From positions 1 to 40,938 of the IMG/VR virus record IMGVR_UViG_3300048598_000523: a stretch of 40,938 nucleotides of DNA; one strand, given 5' to 3'. The notes under the pieces were generated by a model. The model made no database searches. It was not told where the DNA came from and was given only the letters and a program-made list of their open reading frames with translations. This document shows, piece after piece, positions 35,629 through 40,938 of this stretch; position 1 is the stretch's first letter, and each line of letters starts with the position of its first letter. The translations under genes and the position numbers were made by a program. The stretch is from a virus. Its lineage: Duplodnaviria > Caudoviricetes.

Positions 35629-35762
35629 GGCCGCACCGTCGGCATGCCGTTGTGTTCGACGCCGTCGAGACGGTAGGCATGGCGCATCGCGAAACAGTTG
35701 AGTGAACAGCCTTTGGTCGGATTCCAGGTGAAGCCAGTCCATTCGATGTCTGACTTCGCCAT
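35625..35762 (-). pseudogene. Internally deleted Gp37Gp68/DUF5131 gene (45-aa open remnant)
   Basis: Manual translation MAKSDIEWTGFTWNPTKGCSLNCFAMRHAYRLDGVEHNGMPTVRP*: the family N-terminal motif joined directly to its C-terminal motif. Confidence 0.8.
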
Positions 35763-35959
35763 CAGCAGGCCCTCCCCGCGCGGACAGGATCAATCGGATA
35801 TGGATCAGCGCGAAGGGATCGCAATTCCCGGACAACGCGCTCTTCTCGTTCCTGAAGCTCCTGAATGTCCGGGTTATCCGAACAACGATAAGCATCCAGA
35901 ACCTGCTGATGGATTCCGGCGTAGATCGATTGCAATTCGGTGATGCGGTCGCCGCTCAT
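35762..35959 (-). CDS. Hypothetical protein
   Basis: Start MSGDRITEL, coupled on both sides. Confidence 0.65.
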   Translation of the reverse strand: MSGDRITELQSIYAGIHQQVLDAYRCSDNPDIQELQEREERVVRELRSLRADPYPIDPVRAGRAC

Positions 35960-36288
35960 GATGAAGCCCTCGCGGTTCGCTCGTTGGTGATGGCCTTGAA
36001 TGTTTCGGTCCGCAGCAGCGGAAGCAGCGCGCCGGCGACGATCAGCCACATGCCGCGCAGCGGCTCATCGGCCTGCAGGTATTGCTCCAGCGCAGACACC
36101 ATCACCATGCCAGCCGCCGTGGTCGGGCCGCCCTCTTGGAGCCGGGCATCGGCCGCGCGCACGTCCTCGCCGATCGACATCAGCCGCTGATGCAGGGCGG
36201 CTGAACCGAGCACGATCCGCGGCTTCACCACGAACTCTTCGGCAAGGACAATCAGATTTGACAGGATGGCGGAGACTGGCTTGTTCAT
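35956..36288 (-). CDS. Hypothetical protein
   Basis: Start MNKPVSAI, ATGA-coupled. Confidence 0.7.
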   Translation of the reverse strand: MNKPVSAILSNLIVLAEEFVVKPRIVLGSAALHQRLMSIGEDVRAADARLQEGGPTTAAGMVMVSALEQYLQADEPLRGMWLIVAGALLPLLRTETFKAITNERTARASS

Positions 36289-36668
36289 TTTATCACCACG
36301 GCTTCGTGGCGCACGAGCTTGCAGAGCGCCGCCATGACCTCGGACCATCGCGCCTGCTGAGCACCGAGAGCCACCGACGTCCGGCGCATCGCGACGACCA
36401 GCAGCCGCAGTGCATCCGGTACGTCCGCGGATGCACTGCTGACCACCAGCACGCGACAGGCAATGCGATCGGCTTCCTCACCGAGCGCATACGCATTCGA
36501 GAGTGCATCCGGTACGTCCGCGGATGCTCTGCTGACCACCAGCACGCGACAGGCAATGCGATCGGCTTCCTCACCGAGCGCATACGCATTCGAGCGGCCG
36601 CCGAGATACGCTTCGGCGGCCGCCACCGCGAGGGACGCAAGAAACTGAGCCTCGCGATCAGGAGCCAT
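36285..36668 (-). CDS. Hypothetical protein with an internal 31-aa tandem duplication
   Basis: Start MAPDREAQ with AGGAG RBS. Confidence 0.7.
   Translation of the reverse strand: MAPDREAQFLASLAVAAAEAYLGGRSNAYALGEEADRIACRVLVVSRASADVPDALSNAYALGEEADRIACRVLVVSSASADVPDALRLLVVAMRRTSVALGAQQARWSEVMAALCKLVRHEAVVIK
36409..36594. repeat. 93-bp tandem duplication (2 copies, 1 mismatch)
   Basis: 36409-36501 versus 36502-36594. Confidence 0.97.
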
Positions 36669-37023
36669 GACGCGCTCCTGATGTGGAAACGCCGGCACCG
36701 CCCGAGGGGATGTGAAAGACGGTGCCGGCGCGCTTCGACCGGAGGGTAACCTCTGGCGAAGTGTGGTGAATGGTGAAAGCGCGCGGGTCCTGGTCGACCG
36801 GCGGCAATGGCATGCGCGCAATCCGCTCGAGCTGGTCGCGGGAAAAACCCGGCAGATTGGAGAAGTCGAATTCGGTCGGTTCGATCCGGAGCCGGTCCCG
36901 ATCGGCGACATAGACCAGCGCGAAGAACACGATGATCAGCGCGATGCACGCCGCCGCGATCAGGACGGTGACGGCGGGCTTCATCGCCGGATCGGCGGAG
37001 AATTGCGCGAGCTGCTCCATCAT
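36658..37023 (-). CDS. Hypothetical single-pass membrane protein
   Basis: Start MMEQLAQ with GAGG RBS; TM segment AVTVLIAAACIALIIVFFALVYVA. Confidence 0.65.
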   Translation of the reverse strand: MMEQLAQFSADPAMKPAVTVLIAAACIALIIVFFALVYVADRDRLRIEPTEFDFSNLPGFSRDQLERIARMPLPPVDQDPRAFTIHHTSPEVTLRSKRAGTVFHIPSGGAGVSTSGARHGS

Positions 37024-37421
37024 CGGAACACCTCGGCGTTGATCTTCGCGACCTTGGCTTCGGCTTCCTTCAGCGCGCGGTTCGCATCGATGACGTCGAG
37101 CTGCTGCCGATACTTGCTGAACCACTCCGGCCGGGCGTCGCCCATCAGGGCAAACAGCACGTCGCGGCCGTGCTTGCTGCGCAGGAGTCCGGTGATTGCC
37201 TGCAGATTTTCAGGGGTTTGCCCCGTGAGCATCTTTTGGCAGGTCGAGACCGGCACATCGGTCAAAAGATGCAATTCAATCGAGGGCTTATGCTGCGGAA
37301 GAATGTCCCGCACTTTTTGCATGGTCGGAGAAATCGGATTCTGGATTTGGCGCTTTTGATTCCGAATCCGGAAATGCCCCTTTTTGGCGTTTTTGGCGCG
37401 TGAGGATACGTTGCCCTTCAT
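37020..37421 (-). CDS. Putative transcriptional regulator at the CII position
   Basis: Coupled to cro; HTH-like SIELHLLTDVPVSTCQKMLTGQTPEN. Confidence 0.6.
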   Translation of the reverse strand: MKGNVSSRAKNAKKGHFRIRNQKRQIQNPISPTMQKVRDILPQHKPSIELHLLTDVPVSTCQKMLTGQTPENLQAITGLLRSKHGRDVLFALMGDARPEWFSKYRQQLDVIDANRALKEAEAKVAKINAEVFR

Positions 37422-37651
37422 TGAACGGCCTCGGTTTCTGAGGGTGGATAAAGGTCAGGACGAATGCGCGAGCGTGAAATGCCGAACTCAGTCTCGATCT
37501 TGAGAGCGACGTGGCCGGGTGGTCCCTTCTTCGAGCGATTGGTCCAGTACCACCACTGCGACTGAGACTCGCCGAGCCGTTCGGCGGCCTTTGTTTGGCC
37601 ACCCGCGATCGTCTCGACCTCTTTCAGTGCATCACGCTGCGAATCATTCAT
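37418..37651 (-). CDS. cro: Cro-like repressor (YdaS type)
   Basis: AGGQTKAAERLGESQSQWWYW...IRPDLY; divergent from cI. Confidence 0.9.
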   Translation of the reverse strand: MNDSQRDALKEVETIAGGQTKAAERLGESQSQWWYWTNRSKKGPPGHVALKIETEFGISRSRIRPDLYPPSETEAVQ

Positions 37652-37661
37652 GCAGCGAGCG

Positions 37662-37737
37662 TTACCGATTTTTCGGTGATTCGAGAAGTGGAATTACCGA
37701 TTTTTCTGTTGGCGAGCGGCTACCAAATTTTCTGTAG
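37662..37737. promoter_or_regulatory. OR-like operator triplet
   Basis: TTACCGATTTTTCGGTGA (37662-37679), TTACCGATTTTTCTGTTG (37694-37711), CTACCAAATTTTCTGTAG (37720-37737). Confidence 0.85.
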
Positions 37738-37747
37738 CGTCTGATTC

Positions 37748-38464
37748 ATGAAGAAAATCAAACACGCAATCGGACCCCGGATCGCCGCCCGTCGTGTCGA
37801 AATCGGCGTGAGCCAGGATCAGCTTGCGATGGCCATCGGCATGAAGCAGCAGGGCGTCGCCAGTATCGAGGCGGGCGAAGTCGAGCGGCCGCGTAAGCTG
37901 AAAGAAATTGCAGCGGCGTTACGAACGACCCAAGACTACCTGCTGACCGGCAAGGGCCCGAAGGAAGCCGATGGTGACTTCGAGCGGCACGACATCGACA
38001 CGCCAGCTCGGCCTACGTCGGGAATTTTCGAGATTGATGTGCGGGCCGGGCTGGGTGGCGGCGGCCAGATCGAAGGCCGGGAAGTCAGGCATGACGGTGA
38101 TTATGCTGATCCGGTGAAGCCGGAGGCTTGGAAATTTCCGCAGCGGTTCATGCGCGAAGAAATCCGCGCGAGGGACTCGGAGATCATCATCCTAGAGACG
38201 GACGGCGACAGCATGCGGCCGACGATCGAGTCCGGCGAACGCGTCATTGTTCACACGGGGATGAAGATACCCTCCCCTGATGGCGTTTTCGCACTCCGCG
38301 ATACCTTCGGCAATATCATCTGCAAACGCCTGCAGGTGCTGCGGCGTGGCGATCCACCCCGCATTCTGGTGATCTCCGACAATCCCTCTCACAAAACCGA
38401 GGAAGTCGCCGCCGACGAAATCGCGATCGTCGGTCGAGTGCTCTATGGCCTGAAGCGGCTGTAA
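37748..38464 (+). CDS. cI: CI-like repressor (HTH_XRE plus S24 peptidase)
   Basis: SQDQLAMAIGMKQQGVASIE HTH; AG cleavage site (RAGLG), catalytic Ser (GDSM) and Lys (ICKRL). Confidence 0.95.
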   Translation: MKKIKHAIGPRIAARRVEIGVSQDQLAMAIGMKQQGVASIEAGEVERPRKLKEIAAALRTTQDYLLTGKGPKEADGDFERHDIDTPARPTSGIFEIDVRAGLGGGGQIEGREVRHDGDYADPVKPEAWKFPQRFMREEIRARDSEIIILETDGDSMRPTIESGERVIVHTGMKIPSPDGVFALRDTFGNIICKRLQVLRRGDPPRILVISDNPSHKTEEVAADEIAIVGRVLYGLKRL

Positions 38465-38465
38465 G

Positions 38466-38510
38466 AGAACAAACCGAGAAATCAGTTGCCATTTACCGAT
38501 TTTTCGGTAA
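38466..38510. promoter_or_regulatory. OL-like operators, PL-like promoter and possible LexA box
   Basis: AAACCGAGAAATCAGTTG (38471-38488), TTACCGATTTTTCGGTAA (38493-38510), -35 TTGCCA at 38486, GAAC-N7-GAAA at 38467-38481. Confidence 0.75.
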
Positions 38511-38540
38511 TTGTCCCCTTCTCAACGAAGGGAGACTTCC

Positions 38541-38831
38541 ATGGCACGCAGTTCGACTATCCGCCGTTACGCCCAGCCCTCGGCCCCCAGCGTCCTTCGC
38601 CCCCAGCCGCAAGTCCCTAAATTCATCGCCACCAGCTTCGTGCAGCCACGCGCGGCGATGCCCGACAGCGTTGCGATCGGCCAGATGGCTGAGGACATGC
38701 GCGAAGGCGCGTATCGCGAAGGCGGCGTGACTGAAGCCGATCTGTTGGTACGGGGCTGGACCCCAGCGCAGATCACGCGCCTCGCCGCCCCTGCCCGCCA
38801 GCTCGCGCAGCGCCGCGCCGGCTTCTGCTGA
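38541..38831 (+). CDS. Hypothetical early protein
   Basis: AAGGGAG RBS before ATG 38541. Confidence 0.7.
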   Translation: MARSSTIRRYAQPSAPSVLRPQPQVPKFIATSFVQPRAAMPDSVAIGQMAEDMREGAYREGGVTEADLLVRGWTPAQITRLAAPARQLAQRRAGFC

Positions 38832-38839
38832 GGTGCACC

Positions 38840-39166
38840 ATGTTAGCACCCACCGCAGAAGCCAAGCAGGCGGCAAGCATCTCGCCTGCAACACATCCTC
38901 ATCTGTATCATCACCGCCCGAATGAATTCGTCGGCATCACCACGCCGACCCTGATCTATATCGGCGTTGAAGATCGCGCCGAGTTCGACCGGATTGCACT
39001 GCCCCTACAGGACAACGGGCCAAATGAGACCGGGCACGTTCTGGTCAAGTCGCTCGGTAAGTACAACGGCAAGAAGCCCACCATCATCTTTCAGCATTGG
39101 CTGCTTTCGCCGACGATGGAGGGATATCGCGCCATCGATGCCGCAAAGACGGGCGGCGCGAAATGA
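38840..39166 (+). CDS. Hypothetical early protein
   Basis: GAGG RBS; tiles the operon. Confidence 0.7.
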   Translation: MLAPTAEAKQAASISPATHPHLYHHRPNEFVGITTPTLIYIGVEDRAEFDRIALPLQDNGPNETGHVLVKSLGKYNGKKPTIIFQHWLLSPTMEGYRAIDAAKTGGAK

Positions 39167-39399
39167 ACGCTCCCTTTCGTCATCGCGTCGAGCCCCGGGC
39201 GACCCGCAAGCCGACGCGGCTTTGCACCGATCCCGCCATCAAGCGCTGCATGCGGTTCCTGCGGCTAGGACCGATCGTCAGGGCCGGTAACGCCTGGAAA
39301 TTCGGCCTCGCCTCGGTCGGCGATAACGTGGTCGCCCAGGTCCTCGCCGACGGCCGCGCCATCCGAGACGGCAACACCATCCGCCTGGTCAGGGACTAA
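39163..39399 (+). CDS. Hypothetical basic protein
   Basis: Start MNAPFRH, ATGA-coupled. Confidence 0.65.
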   Translation: MNAPFRHRVEPRATRKPTRLCTDPAIKRCMRFLRLGPIVRAGNAWKFGLASVGDNVVAQVLADGRAIRDGNTIRLVRD

Positions 39400-39401
39400 C
39401 C

Positions 39402-39620
39402 ATGGCCCACGAGCAGACCGAGTTCACGGAAGAATGGCTACTCAACGCCATCGACCTTGTCTCGTTCTGCATCGTGGAAGACGGCGCGGTCTATGCGCCG
39501 GTGCTGGAACGGCTCGAAGCCGAGCTGCAGATCATTCGAAATCGGGAAGACGTCGTAGCCCGCGCCAGGCGCAACATCGAGCGCCGGCGCAATGCATCGT
39601 TCCTCAGCTCGCCCGCTTGA
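39402..39620 (+). CDS. Hypothetical protein
   Basis: AGGGA RBS; convergent 17-bp overlap with the integrase gene. Confidence 0.65.
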   Translation: MAHEQTEFTEEWLLNAIDLVSFCIVEDGAVYAPVLERLEAELQIIRNREDVVARARRNIERRRNASFLSSPA

Positions 39621-40938
39621 TAGCAGCCGCGATCAACATCCCCGGCTCCAGCGCAACCATCTGCAGATATTTCAGTTTCAACCGCAGACCGTGACCGTCG
39701 CCATACTTCGGCTTGCCGCTCGCGTGTCCGAGGATCTCGTCCCGAAGCTCGTCCGGGCATTCCACATCGCGCAGACGATCTTTCATGCCGTGCCGCATTG
39801 AATAGACCGAATGCAGCTTCGACAGCTTCATGCCGTTCTCGGAAAAATACTTGTTCACCGTCGCGGAGAAGCTGCTCTCGTTATCGAAGTAACGCGCGAA
39901 GCCGTTCGGGAAGCTCTTCATTGCCTCAAGGGCGATACCAACCAGTGGCACGTCGCGTTCTGACGAATCCGATTTCAGGATGCGGCCCACCGGCAGAATA
40001 CGAACGTGCGGAATCTCAGCACCGAGGATGATCCGCTCCGGCCGGAGGTTGACGATTTCTGACGGCCGCGCGCCGCTGTTGATCAGAACGTGCACCACCG
40101 CGCGCGCTTCGGCATTGAGACCGTCGAGCGCGCCATCGCGCAGGATCGTCTTGACGATGAAGTCCGGCGTGAAGGGCTTGCGCTGGCCGTCGCGGCCGCC
40201 CTCGAGGCGCAAGCCGGAGAACACGGTTTCGACGTTGAGACGGTGCAACTGACTGACGGCCTTCACCATGCGGCCGACATGGCTGATGTTCTTGTTCGCC
40301 GTGTTGACATGCATGCCCTTGGTCGTGACGCAGGCCTGCCAGTGATCGCGGAATTTCAAACCGTCCGCGCGCGTCAAATCCTTGATTGCCTTGTCACCGA
40401 CGATCTCGACGAGCTGGTCGGCCGCGCGCTTCTTCGCAGCCTGCCACTTCCGAAGCTGGCCCGGCGAGTAGTTCAACCGCTGAGTTGCCGTCGCCGTTTC
40501 GAATTCGGAGAAAAGCCGCGAGAGCTTGATCTTCGGCGGCTCGATGCCACCGAGCACAGCAGCGCGCGTATTCGCATCATGGACGCGATCGCCTTCAGCC
40601 AGAACTTCAATGCGGTGAATGAGGTTCGCCGGCGTCTCTTGGGCCACGGTCGCTGCCGGAACATAATCGAGATCGAGAACGCGCGCGCGCTTTACAGCGG
40701 CATCGTATTCGATCTGCGCCTCACGACGGTTGCCATCGGCACACTTCGACCAGAACGCCTCAAGGTCGAGATTCATCTGATCGGCGCGCCGCGTCGCCTT
40801 ACGTCCGTGACGATCACTCGCAATCGAGACGCCGGTCGAGAGCTTGACGATGCCGCGCTTGTCATGCGCTGCGAATTCCGCCGGCACGCGCCGCACGAAT
40901 TGCCAGAAACCGTTCCGCTTTGTCAGATACTCGCTCAC
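39604..40938 (-). CDS. int: Tyrosine recombinase/integrase with DUF6538-like N-terminus
   Basis: SGARPSEI (R), LK..S.RDVPL (K), YSMRH, ILGH, KYG (Y); N-terminal YLTKRNGFWQFVRRVP. Confidence 0.95.
   Translation of the reverse strand: MSEYLTKRNGFWQFVRRVPAEFAAHDKRGIVKLSTGVSIASDRHGRKATRRADQMNLDLEAFWSKCADGNRREAQIEYDAAVKRARVLDLDYVPAATVAQETPANLIHRIEVLAEGDRVHDANTRAAVLGGIEPPKIKLSRLFSEFETATATQRLNYSPGQLRKWQAAKKRAADQLVEIVGDKAIKDLTRADGLKFRDHWQACVTTKGMHVNTANKNISHVGRMVKAVSQLHRLNVETVFSGLRLEGGRDGQRKPFTPDFIVKTILRDGALDGLNAEARAVVHVLINSGARPSEIVNLRPERIILGAEIPHVRILPVGRILKSDSSERDVPLVGIALEAMKSFPNGFARYFDNESSFSATVNKYFSENGMKLSKLHSVYSMRHGMKDRLRDVECPDELRDEILGHASGKPKYGDGHGLRLKLKYLQMVALEPGMLIAAAIKRAS

Larger units (their letters stand above)
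1..40938. mobile_element. Temperate siphovirus prophage (HK97-like head, long non-contractile tail)
   Basis: Ordered modules: integrase, cI/cro, replication, terminase/portal/protease/capsid, tail tube, tape measure, tip, lysis. No sheath gene. att sites lie outside the window. Confidence 0.97.

Noticed and set aside
36409-36594. CRISPR array or DGR TR/VR pair
   Set aside because: Two adjacent copies with no spacer and only one mismatch; no cas or RT genes

Overview
The window is an apparently intact temperate siphovirus prophage of HK97/lambda-like architecture. The high GC and gene types suggest an alphaproteobacterial (Bradyrhizobium-like) host; this is inference. From right to left it carries: a tyrosine integrase; a short rightward early operon; a cI/cro switch with five related 18-bp operators; a long leftward early operon (CII-position gene, many small ORFs, a 45-aa remnant of a Gp37Gp68/DUF5131 gene, two ParB-like proteins, an MT-A70 methyltransferase, a stand-alone TSCPD-like domain, a Toprim primase and a P4/D5-type helicase); a repeat-rich putative origin; a NusG/RfaH-family gene at the late-antiterminator position followed by a hairpin-rich leader; HNH, cos, terminases, portal, ClpP-type protease and capsid; head-tail and tail genes with a hidden -1 frameshift chaperone ORF; tail tip and fibre genes; and a membrane-protein-rich lysis region. 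The most striking unexplained element is a roughly 200-nt plus-strand structured RNA at 2897-3090, between the tail and lysis genes. It has two mutually exclusive folds that either bury or free the ribosome-binding site of an 81-aa orphan ORF. The att sites are not visible because the window starts and ends at gene boundaries. All protein calls come from motif recognition and synteny, not from database searches.
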